Below are positions 10,560-21,820 of a stretch of DNA of 40,025 nucleotides, in pieces. Below the pieces are notes generated by a model that saw only the letters and a program-made list of their open reading frames with translations, searched no databases and had not been told where the DNA came from. The stretch is from Welwitschia mirabilis (Eukaryota). The stretch is from positions 26,778,655 through 26,818,679 of the forward strand of contig JBOZIK010000001.1 in NCBI GenBank assembly GCA_051453625.1, given 5' to 3'. A program made the translations under genes and the position numbers. The stretch's first letter is position 1, and each line of letters starts with the position of its first letter.

Positions 10560-13320
10560 ATCCTTTCCTCCATGAGGTTGAAGCTTGGCAATCTGAATTT
10601 GCCTAGCTTCTTCCTTTGCACTCATTTGCTCCTTCACGAGTGATCTCTTGAGCTCCTTAATATCAGTTGGTGTTAGGTTGGGCATCTTGCGATAACATCT
10701 CACACTACATATGTAGTGACTCGGATCTGCAAGGCTACGACTGGGAGTAGAACAATGATGCTTTACTCCTACATCACATTAGAACATAGACATACACATT
10801 CTATCATGAGAAGTGTTTAAGAAGACGTTTGTTTTCCTTTTTAAAAGCTTTTAAAATTCTCTGATAGGAAATTCTGACATCTGACATCTGAGATCTTTAT
10901 TACATCCTTGGGAGTCCAAAAAGGTCCATTGCATAGAAAATCATTGTACAAGGCCTTTTATAGATCACGTACATGGTACTTATGACTTTCAAATGCTTTG
11001 TTGATAAGGTATCTTCGTTTGATGGATCCCATTTGGAAAAAATCAAATAGATAGATTGGGCTACAATAGCATATGCATTCCTAATAGACTCGCTTCAATG
11101 AGCAAAAATGAAATATATGTTCTTCATCTTCTAACTCACTTTGCTTATAGAATCTGCACGTCTTGTTTTCCTTGGGCATATTAACCCATGGTTCTGTTTC
11201 TATTAGCAAATGATGAGACCCCATTCTTGCTCTAGCAGTACTTGCTTCTCAATTTTGTCTTTAATATTCAAAGGGAAGGAAGTCAGATCTTGCTCTTGGA
11301 TATTCCACTTTCCAACCCCTGCTTTGCTTGGTGAAACCATCCTTTTTGATGGGTAGCATGAAGAACCTAATTGGGTAAATGTGTACCTGGATGAATTAGC
11401 ATTTTTTGGTAAAAAGTTATAAACTGAAACAATGCTTCGATCTAAAAGGGCATTAAGTCTGCTTCCATTAACAAAGTATCATACTGTGTTTGGTTTTTGA
11501 CTTTAAGCTTTTGAACCAGAAACTGTTTTTGGACACACTCCAACCTCTTCCATAAAGTTGCAGGAAGCCTTGGACACAATGACACAAAACCATACAAAAG
11601 CACTAGTTGCACAGGATGACAAAATAGTTGTTGCAAAGCTCACAAGCCTAAGTATTCTCTTTGTTACATTTAGTGGAGAAAGCAATCAAGGCATGCATTC
11701 CAGCTGACGCCCCCTTTTTTGGGTCCAATTATATGTGATTAAGAAAGTAACCCCTAAGTACTTATAAAACTCAATAATCTCAATTTGCTTGTTCCCAGTG
11801 CAGAAATTGTAGCTTTGGTTTCGAGTTCCATACATCATAATCTCAGTGTTGTTTGCATTGACACTCATCCTTAAGTACACAAAAAAGTTGTCTTAAATCT
11901 GCAACAGACTCTGTAGTCTTTCAGGTGATGGTGCAATCGAGACGATGTCATTAGCAAATAAAGTGCATTCATTGGAGTTTGCGCAATTAACATTGAATTT
12001 TCCCTAGTGCTCTGCATCCACTGCTCTAATTCATCAATGAAAATACCAAATAAAATAGTAGAAAGTGGGCAACCTTGCTTCACCTGTATGTGATTGTGCA
12101 AAATAACTTTATCCTGAGTACCTCAATCCTCAGATCATAAGCTTTAGAAAAAATCTATAAAACACAGATATAGTTTTTTTGTGGGATCTTTGGCTCACGT
12201 AATATAGTGCCTAAGAGTAATTAAATGTTCAATTGTGGAATGATGTTCCCTAAAACCTGCTTGAGTGATAGCTTGAACATGGTTCTTTTCAGCCGAAGTA
12301 TCAAGTCTTTTCTCCAAAATTGTGCTTAGTAACTTTGAGAAGATATTGCTCACCACAATGAATCTGTAGTTATTAAGGCCTTTTTTTAGCATCTCCCTTT
12401 TTGAACAACATAACTGTTTTGCTAATGGACTAGCTTTTAGGAAAACCAAACTGAATACCTCCATTGTGGAACTTCCAATGTGCTGTCCCTACAGTGGGTC
12501 CATCCACTTTGATAGCTCCACATATAACCCTAAAGCATCAACAACCTTTCCTGTTGCCAATCCACTAACACTTGCTTTGATTTCTTCATATGAAAACTGA
12601 ATTGATGCCATTGTCACTGCAGGGGATTGGGAAGAATTGAAATGATTAAGAGACAACGAAAGAGATCCACAATATCTGGGAATGGAAAACTCTAGTCCTG
12701 TTTATCCTTCTTTTGCACCATCTTTCAAAAGTTACTGGGATTCTTTTTAATCATGTGGAGCAATGTTAGTTGACGATCTCTAATAAATTTTCTGTTTTTT
12801 AAGACCAAAGAAGATATTTATATTCTTCAAGAGCTCTAGAATTAATAACAGAAGATCTTAAGGACAATCTATGTTCCTTGCAGTCGGCATCAAACCAAGG
12901 ATGCTTCCCTTCATTATTCTTAGAAGCAGCAAGGTTGCGTACAGCTTTCAACATCACGTGATGAAGGTTCCTACTATGCTCTCTGCTCTCCCATAATCTA
13001 TCAGTTTCTTCCTCATAGTGGTGTTGGTAATCATTAGTAAGTCTGTATGTCCTCTGTTGCCACAGAAATCGTTTCTTCTGGCAGATAGATTTGATAGCAA
13101 AACTAAGACAATGATGAGGTGATTCAACCATATTTTACCCTATTTGAAGCTGAGGAAATTATAAAGGGTAAAAGCCATGAAGACATCTTAAAGAATACAT
13201 GCCTCCACTATGAGCATTCTATAGTCATAGAAGATCTCTCAATTCAGACTGAGAAGAAGGCATATTAGCAATCTATTCCTCATCATAAAAATACGTATTA
13301 AAAGATCATTTATACTATTA
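10560..13320 (-). mobile_element. Decayed non-LTR retrotransposon ORF2 (RTE/RTEX-like, apparently not L1); ends approximate
   Basis: HPWFDADCKEHR, NNYRFIVVSNIFSKLLSTILEKRL, QAGFREHHSTIEHLITL, QVKQGCPLSTILFGIFID, YKYLGVTF occur in the correct order, with many stops and frameshifts. Confidence 0.85.
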
Positions 13321-13867
13321 TGACATCAAACTGTAAAAATTCTACACAGCAAAGATGATGGAAACAAGGAGATACATGAATTAGATCAAGATGAATGTTC
13401 AAAGAAGGTGATAAATTTTGATCCATGGAGTGAAAACTCTAATCCAAACTTTGCTAGAAGTTATTTTAGGGGGATGGGGGTGGGTGTTGGAGCTGACGAT
13501 ATCAGTTAGGGGGGTAATGACAAGATGCATGCTTACAACTACAAAGAATCACAAACTTGATGGAGTCTGAGCGTACTGGACCTTGGTCAGCTTCAATACA
13601 TCAGCTTATCCGCTCACATTCATTTATTACATTATTTATTTTCTACATTTCCCTCTACTGCTATGTCTCTAAAAATTCTAAATTTCCACTGTTTATACTT
13701 GAGTTCTAGCCAGCTTCGATTAATTTAAGCTTGTTAAGGTGCTTTTGTTCTTTACTTTTATCTTTTTAAATTTGGAAAATGATATTTGATATTATTTGTC
13801 CTTTATATGCCACTTTGTTTTTGACATAATTTTGAATTGTCATTTTGTCCAAACTAAACTTGCATAG

Positions 13868-13936
13868 ACATTGGCTGGTATATTTGGAGCTTCGATGGAT
13901 GAGTTGGCACGTTGTCCAGGAATTGGTGAACGGAAG
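13868..13936 (+). CDS. ERCC1: ERCC1 exon (69 nt), second HhH motif
   Basis: catag|TLAGIFGASMDELARCPGIGERK|gtattg; LARCPGIGERK is the plant ERCC1 signature. Confidence 0.95.
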
Positions 13937-15089
13937 GTATTGTTTCAATGCTTTGTTATTGTTGAGTTGAGTTCCTTCACCATTTAATACATCAAATTTA
14001 ATACCTAGCAAATTTGTATTCTTTTTCTTCTATCTAATACTGTTCATGTAAGTTGATGTTTTACATTCTAAAATAATTTTCTCCTATTATATTATATTGC
14101 AGACCATTAAGAATGCATTACAGGATGCTAGCATTCTATGAACAGAATTAGTATGATGAGTTTACCATTTGACGAGAATTTTGACAATGATTAACAAACT
14201 GAATTAATTTTTGTTAGAAAATTTAATTATCAATCTTACTATTTTATTTGAAAACAGCCTACTTAATTTGAAAGACTTTCATTACTCATTAAGGTCTACT
14301 TGTGGTATCCTATATGTAAAGCGTCAAGGTTTTTTGTTTTCCAACATTGGGTTTAGTGCTCTTTGCAGTCGAGCATACAGCACATGCCAGGAAGATCTCT
14401 TAAAAACATGTGGGCTTCATCATGCCTGAGAGATTTATAACGGATGTTAAGAATCCTGGTTACTTGTCTGTTACCACAAGAAATATGCCGAGTGTTTGCA
14501 AAAAGTTATTATAATAGCAAAGAATGGATAGTTTTTTCCTTCCCCCTTTCTTCTTGACAAATCCCAGCTATGTTTTGGCTATCAAGTGCTTTTTTTAAAT
14601 GTATTTCACTTTTGTTCATAAGTGATTTGTTCTTGTCGTAGGATTTCATCCAATACAGAATTAAGACAGATGAAATGACTAAAATGCTCTATGCTTGATC
14701 ATAGTCTATTCATTTTGATACAATACTATTTTGGCTCTTTTGATGAAAGTTCTTTCCCAAGGAACACTACTACTTTCAGCTTTGCTAATGTGATGTCTTT
14801 TTCTGTCTTCCTATTTGTGTGTTTAGGACAATATTTCATTTTCTTAAGTTGGTAGGCATTGGAGTAAAACCTCAATACAACCAGATTTTAAACAGGACAT
14901 TTCAGTATGTTGGTCAAATTGTTGTTTCATGTGTTAAATATGTTGCAAGTGATTTTCTAGTGAGAAGCCAATTTTCAAGCCTGGCAATGTGTTGCAAGGT
15001 CAACAATTGTTGAAATTGCCCATTTTGGGCTTGTTTGGACCTTATGCTTCATCACAACCTTCCTAGGGGATGGTTCACATCTGTCCCTC

Positions 15090-15560
15090 TTTTGTCTCTT
15101 GACATTCTGGCATTGTGCTCCAACAAACATGCAAAAACGAAAAATCAAGTTTGATTTTTAGCCTGAGTTTTAATTGATTGACATCAATATATCTTGGAAT
15201 TTGACATTTAGGTTGGAGAGAACTATAAATACCCCATTCTTGATGCACTTTAGGATCACACACTCACACACACCACACGACAACAACTCCTCCTCCTCAT
15301 CTTGCTGCAGCATTTAGGGAATAAGTGTAAGTGATTTCAATTGTAGTCTTTATTCACAAGCAGAAATAATTAATTTATCATTTTAACTACTGAATTCACT
15401 TAGCTACACCAGCCTTTGTTTCCCAACATTCACATTTTACTGCTTTCCCAACCTACCACACTGCCTTTTGCCTCCCATTTCTTGGAGAGGACTCTCAAAT
15501 TTCACCGCTCTTCCGTTTAGCACTAGAAAAATGGCCTCCTTTGTGATTCTGATTTCCAGC
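15090..15560 (-). mobile_element. Possible L1 ORF1 relic (DUF4283 / zinc-knuckle-like)
   Basis: Weak frameshifted motifs AIFLV..RVLSKKW, KCQIPRYIDV, RFCMFV(G)EHNARM. Very decayed. Confidence 0.3.
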
Positions 15561-16111
15561 AATCTATACGGTTACAAACGCTGGGAAAACTTTTCATCTT
15601 AAAAATTATAGCTCTTGTTGTCACTTTGCCAAGAGTTTTTTCGTGCTTAATCATATTTCAATGTTCATATCACTTAAAAACACCTTTAACTTGCCAACTT
15701 TGCATGATTTTAGCTTCATTCGCTTTTCAGTGCACCCTTATCATTTTCATTAATTTTCTTTTAATCTTAGCCTTGTTATTATCAATGGTAGCTCAAGCTG
15801 AGTCTTGGTCCTTGTAATCCTTCTATAATACTTTTGGTATAAAATTTGATGGGCTTGTTTGTAATTGTGCTTTCTTGCACGTAGATGAGGTTCTTGATTG
15901 CATCTCCCATATGGAAGTGTTGAAGTTTGAATCTTCTCATAAGCTTTATAGAATATAGTCATCTAAACTTGCTTGGGTCAAGGATGGGTCTTCAGTGTGA
16001 TATACATGAAAACCTTTGCTTAGTTGTTAATAAATAGGGTTAATGGTAAGGCATTTGTCGTCGTGCATGTACGTGTGTTTTTCAGTGTAGGACCAAGGGC
16101 ACCATAAGGCC

Positions 16112-17043
16112 TGTTGGGCCCTTTACCATTACACCAAAAGCCATGACTTAGGTAGAAATTGGAACCCTTTATATTTATCCACTCGTCGGGCTGGGCATGG
16201 GGACTGTATACCTAACAATCTTCCCCTTGATCCACATGCCAAGGGCTCACATGAACCCGGAAGCCACTGGGGAGACTTGAACCCGAGACCAACTAACAGC
16301 CATAGCTCTGATACCAAGTGTTGAGCCCTTTACCATCACACCAAAAGCTATGATTTAGGTGGAAACTGAAACCCTTTATATTTACCCACTTGTCTGGCTG
16401 GGCCTGGGGAGCGCATACCCAACAATCTCCCCCTTGATCCACATGCCAAGTGCTCACATGAACCAGGAAGCCACCGGGGAGACTCGAACCCGAGATCAGC
16501 CAACAACCATGGCTCTGATACTAATTGTTGGGCCCTTTACCATCACACCCAAAAGTCATGACTTAGGTGGAAACTGGAGCTTACCCACTTGTCGGGCTGG
16601 GCATGAGGAGAACATGCTCAACAATCTCCCCCTTGATCCACATGCCAAGTGCTCACATGAACCGGGAAGCCACCGGAGAGACTTGAATGCGAGACCAGCC
16701 AACAACCATGGCTTTGATACCAGTTGTTGGGCCCTTTACTATCATGCCAACAACCATGGCTCTGATACCAATTGTTGGGCCCTTTACGATCACGCCAAAA
16801 GCCATGTCTTAGGTGGAAACTGGTACCCTTTATATATACCCACTTGTCGCACTGGGCATGGGGACCACATACCCAACAATCTCCCCCTCAATCCACATGC
16901 CAGGTGCTCACATGAACCGGGAAGCCATCGGGGAGACTGGAACCTGAGACCAGCCAACAACCATGGCTCTGATACCAATTATTGGGCCCATTACCATCAC
17001 ACCAAAAGTCATGGCTTTTGGTGTAATGCTAAAGGGCCCAACA
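16112..17043 (-). mobile_element. Tandem-array TRIM (terminal-repeat retrotransposon in miniature), unit about 207 bp
   Basis: LTRs TGTT...AACA at 16112-16217, 16319-16424, 16526-16623, a truncated unit 16725-16772, 16773-16878, and a fold-back LTR 16980-17043. The 101-bp internal regions carry a tRNA-iMet PBS (gctctgatacca, e.g. 16305-16316) and a PPT (atctcccccttg on +). Flanked by AAGGCC at 16106-16111 and 17044-17049. Confidence 0.95.
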
Positions 17044-18865
17044 AAGGCCTAGGTCCTGCATGACCAATTTTACAATAGCAAATGATGTTAATCAAATAAT
17101 TAGTGATGCTATTTGTTGATAAATTAAGTCAGTACTTATAATATGTGTTAGATTATCTTTGGTTATTCCTTATGTATAACATTGTATCGTGAAAATCTGT
17201 AAATATGAAAAAGCCTGTTGCTTAGTAACACATACACGGCAGTAGGCATGGCTAGAAGGCAAAACATACAAAAAAAACCTTTAAGGCTTCTATTTCTTTT
17301 TCAGTTTTCCAATGCCTTTCGGTTTAGGAGCATTACAAATTTGGGGTTTTGTATGAGACCATAGGTAATTGGGGACACTGCCATTCTCAGCCCCATACCT
17401 TTTTTCTCCTTGGTGGGTGGTCTTCCCAACCTCTCCATCATGTTATACTTTTGTAAGCGAACATTACTTTTCCAAAAGTGCTTCATTTCATATGTTCAGA
17501 CACACATAATTCCATTTCAGATTAACCTGTACGTGTTATTCTTGAAGGGTCCCTTAAAGGTCAACTTGCATGATGTATCTGAAATGGTAAATGGCATTTT
17601 AAAACCAGAAAAGGTGTGTAACGCCTGACCACTGGATCTTGGTATCATTGAAAATGACTAAGTTTACAAAGAAACAAAAAGGCTACGAGAACTAAAAATT
17701 GTTTTAAGAAATAATACTTTAAAAAAATTTTGTTCCTGGTAAACCACTTTAAAATTATAGTGAAGTATAAGAAAATGAGTATTCAACACTTTAAAGGAAA
17801 ATAAATAAGGTTTTGCCATAGAGTTTGCCCTTTTTCTTTGCCAATTAGGTAGATTCAACCTTGAAAATAGTTCTAGAGGGAAACCTGAGTGAAAGTGCTA
17901 GAGGCAGGCTGTAGGCAGGTGTAGGAGGTGGACTGCACATTGGTGAGTGCTACAAATCCCTGTTGACCTATTATGGTGGGCTTAAGGTATGCTACTAATG
18001 CCAATGTGTCTGAAGGGTGCCACTAGGTTCTGGCAGTGCCACGCCAGTGTTGGCAATTTTGATGGAGGTTTGATGGTGCCAACTGTGTAAGGATTCTGAA
18101 TCACGATCGTGAGTATTGCGTAGTCTGTTTGGTCGTCATTATGACTTAAAATATAGACGATTATCCATGGATGTTATTTTACTTACCATGTGGCATGAGG
18201 CATACTTACGTTTTTCTTATGACAATTTCTTCTATGTATCTGGAAAATTGAGCAAGTTTTGTTTGTCCAATCCTGCTCCAGATGATTGAATTCTTCGAGT
18301 GTCTGTAGAGATTATTTTCCAAGGATACTTTTTTTGTAATTTTGTTTTGCAATATTACAGTATAATGAGCCTACAACTCATAACATTTCTATGCTATTTC
18401 ATTTAATATAAAATTAAGCTATGTTTTAACATATTTCATTAACATCTTGAGGCACAAGTATACCCATACGTGGAATTCTTTTTAAGTGAGCTCTATAACT
18501 ATGGCCTGTTTGTTCCATGAGAATAAAATGAGAAATGTTCTCAAATCAATATTCTACTATTGCAAAAGTGAAAGGATGTTCTCTCAAATACATGAAAGGA
18601 TAGATGGGTTAACAGTAGAATCTGCAACTTCACTTTGGTGATGTTATAGCCATCATAAGGTTAATATCATATGTGAGCTTTAGCTTAACCGGATTAAGAT
18701 AAGCAGAGGTTGATAATGATTGGAATGAATGCTGCCTATATAATCACTGAATTATCTCTTTATCTGACAAATTATTGATTGAACAGCAGTTTTATACGTT
18801 ATCTCATTTGATTACGTAGAGTTATGTTTTGATGTATTAACTTATTGGAATGCTGCTATTTTCAG

Positions 18866-19998
18866 GTAAAGCGTCTGTATGATGCATTCCATGAACCATT
18901 TAAGCGCACTGTTAAGAAAGTTCATGCCTCAAATGACTGTGAGCCTTCAAATGAAGGAAAAGAGCTATCTGACAATCAGGAGTCTTCCAAAACTGAAGCG
19001 AACCCATCTAATAACAATGAAGCCAAAAAGCCTAGTTTGTCTGTCAAATCTGCCCTTAAGTCAGCATATGAAAAATATTGGGACAAGCTTAGACCAAGGG
19101 ACATTGAAGGACCAAAGACATCAGGAGATAAGGAAAGTAGTCTTGATAATCCTGTTGNNNNNNNNNNNNNNNNNNNNNNNNNNNNNNNNNNNNNNNNNNN
19201 NNNNNNNNNNNNNNNNNNNNNNNNNNNNNNNNNNNNNNNNNNNNNNNNNNNNNNNNNNNNNNNNNNNNNNNNNNNNNNNNNNNNNNNNNNNNNNNNNNNN
19301 NNNNNNNNNNNNNNNNNNNNNNNNNNNNNNNNNNNNNNNNNNNNNNNNNNNNNNNNNNNNNNNNNNNNNNNNNNNNNNNNNNNNNNNNNNNNNNNNNNNN
19401 NNNNNNNNNNNNNNNNNNNNNNNNNNNNNNNNNNNNNNNNNNNNNNNNNNNNNNNNNNNNNNNNNNNNNNNNNNNNNNNNNNNNNNNNNNNNNNNNNNNN
19501 NNNNNNNNNNNNNNNNNNNNNNNNNNNNNNNNNNNNNNNNNNNNNNNNNNNNNNNNNNNNNNNNNNNNNNNNNNNNNNNNNNNNNNNNNNNNNNNNNNNN
19601 NNNNNNNNNNNNNNNNNNNNNNNNNNNNNNNNNNNNNNNNNNNNNNNNNNNNNNNNNNNNNNNNNNNNNNNNNNNNNNNNNNNNNNNNNNNNNNNNNNNN
19701 NNNNNNNNNNNNNNNNNNNNNNNNNNNNNNNNNNNNNNNNNNNNNNNNNNNNNNNNNNNNNNNNNNNNNNNNNNNNNNNNNNNNNNNNNNNNNNNNNNNN
19801 NNNNNNNNNNNNNNNNNNNNNNNNNNNNNNNNNNNNNNNNNNNNNNNNNNNNNNNNNNNNNNNNNNNNNNNNNNNNNNNNNNNNNNNNNNNNNNNNNNNN
19901 NNNNNNNNNNNNNNNNNNNNNNNNNNNNNNNNNNNNNNNNNNNNNNNNNNNNNNTTGAAACAAGTAAACTAAAGGAAGCCAACACAAATGAACTTTAA
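18866..19998 (+). CDS. ERCC1: ERCC1 last coding exon (18866-19157, then a 797-N gap, probable end 19958-19998)
   Basis: ttttcag|VKRLYDAFHEPFKRT..., then an acidic linker and SVKSALKSAYEKY (compare plant TVKTALSAVFARY). Collapsing the TTG repeated either side of the gap gives NPVETSKLKEANTNEL* with TAA at 19996-19998. The end coordinate is inferred. Confidence 0.85.
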
Positions 19999-21319
19999 AG
20001 TTGTATGCTTTTTCTGAACATAATTAACAGTTGTTTTTATCATTTTGATTGATAATTTATTTCGATTATCATCTCTGTACAGTATCTGATCTCCACCTCA
20101 AATAAGACTCTGGCTAGGAATGTTTTAAAAAGAAACATGTTTTGAGATTGTTGTCAAATTAATTGACGTTGTATGACATAAAATGCAAATTATCACATCA
20201 TAATATAAAATGTATATGAATTAAGAAAGATCAAAGAAGTTGAAATTAGTAATATTCCCATGTGTGACATTATTCATATGGTAGTTAGAGAGACATTGAT
20301 TTGTTTTAGTGAGAGCTTTATCAAATTTTTTTTCATGTGGTCTGATTGTTTCTGCTTGGCTTGTATAAACATGTCGACTATTTTCAAGCTTTCTTTTAAG
20401 CTAGTCCACTTCTAAGGATTTAGATTTTGCTTGGTATAGGCTGAGAACCTTTTTAACTACCCTTGCTTTCTTTCTTTCTTTTTTTTTTTTTTTTAAAAAA
20501 AACTTTCTTAAACTAAATAAATCAAATTTGTAGGTGGTTGATGCACCTTCTAGCAGTCAGATTAGTAGCTCTTAAAGATATACAAGGGAAGTCTCAAATG
20601 TGAAAATTTCCCTGCTGCTATTTCTGACTTTCACTTCTAAGCATTTGTCATATGCTCCAAGGTGTTTGTACTTTTGTTTTGACAACAAAGAAGTTGGTTG
20701 TTCATGGTTTGAAGTTCTTGGCCATTTTGAAAATGAATACTTGCATGTGAGGGCTGAACCACAAGGACATGTGATCATTAGCATGAAATTTTTATAGGTC
20801 TCATGACAGCTCTAGGTAGAATAAAAAGTTCACACAACACATAAGCATAATAACAATGTCACGCATAAGGCATAGATATAGTCATTATGCAATCTATCAA
20901 AGGATATAAGATTAGCAAAAACCAGAGTCATACACAAGATTAATACATATCGTTTGAGACATTTCTTTTCATAATTATTCTTACAGTTACTAAAACATAA
21001 TTTATATTTTATAAACTTTACTATTTATTATATGATCGTTATTTATAAAATATTATTTATGGATTCATCTAAAAATAATCTTAAGTTATTACAAACATAT
21101 TTAAAACATAATCAAATAGAAACCACAAATTCAATAGGGATACTAATTTTTCAAATGTTAACATTCTTTTATTTAGCTTTTAATTTTGAGGTTCGTAAGC
21201 TTCCTTCTTAGTTGTCATTAGTCATTTTAGGATATAGTCAAACCATAAAAGTAATATGGAATTGTCAATGCAGAAATAGCTAATTACATTCTATGATGCA
21301 TTGTGAACTCTTATTAAGT

Positions 21320-21820
21320 TTATGAAGGCATATTAAATATTAAAAAAGGATTGCTAGTGTTGAATAAATATAATCTTGCAAATCTTTGTAAACATCTCAT
21401 CATGGATACACAAGTATATGACAACTTCAAACTTATAATCAATTGTAAAAGAGAAAATTTCATAATGTTGAAGTGTTCTTGATTAAGATCAACTTCTTGA
21501 CAAACTTCATAGAAGCCTTTCATGAAAAGTTTAGATCTTCAAGAGAGAACCTAGTGTACTCATTTGTAAAGGTCAAAATCTTATTTTAATAACTTCATGC
21601 ATTTCTTATGAAAAATGATGCTTTTTAACATTTTTATATACACCAAATAGATCTTAATTTTTTTTAATATATTCATTCTGTGTTAGTCATTTCTTTCTTG
21701 TTTAAAGAGGTATCTATTACCTTAAGGAATACCAAGGTAGTCTACATGTCATCACAACCAACTTTCAACTAGAAACCTGACATAAACCTTATGTTCTATG
21801 GCTAAAACAATATTATATTA
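21320..21820 (-). mobile_element. Very decayed copia integrase relic
   Basis: DLFGVY...ILTFTNEYTRFS resembles the copia pattern DLFGP..LTFIDDYSR; boundaries unknown. Confidence 0.4.

Noticed and set aside
13468-13514. G-run cluster (possible G-quadruplex)
   Set aside because: Irregular with a long third loop; no supporting context.
16112-17043. CRISPR-like regular repeats
   Set aside because: The intervening segments are homologous to each other and carry PBS and PPT; eukaryotic context, no cas genes.
16359-17063. 234-aa ORF with internal repeats
   Set aside because: Antisense read-through of the TRIM array (207-bp unit is a multiple of 3); GTG start, no domain.
17230-18100. GC-richer patch with GCCA/TGGC motifs, possible MITE
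   Set aside because: No TIR pair or TSD could be established.
18845-18865. ORF start MECCYFQ
   Set aside because: This is the intron acceptor region (ttttcag); the exon starts at 18866.
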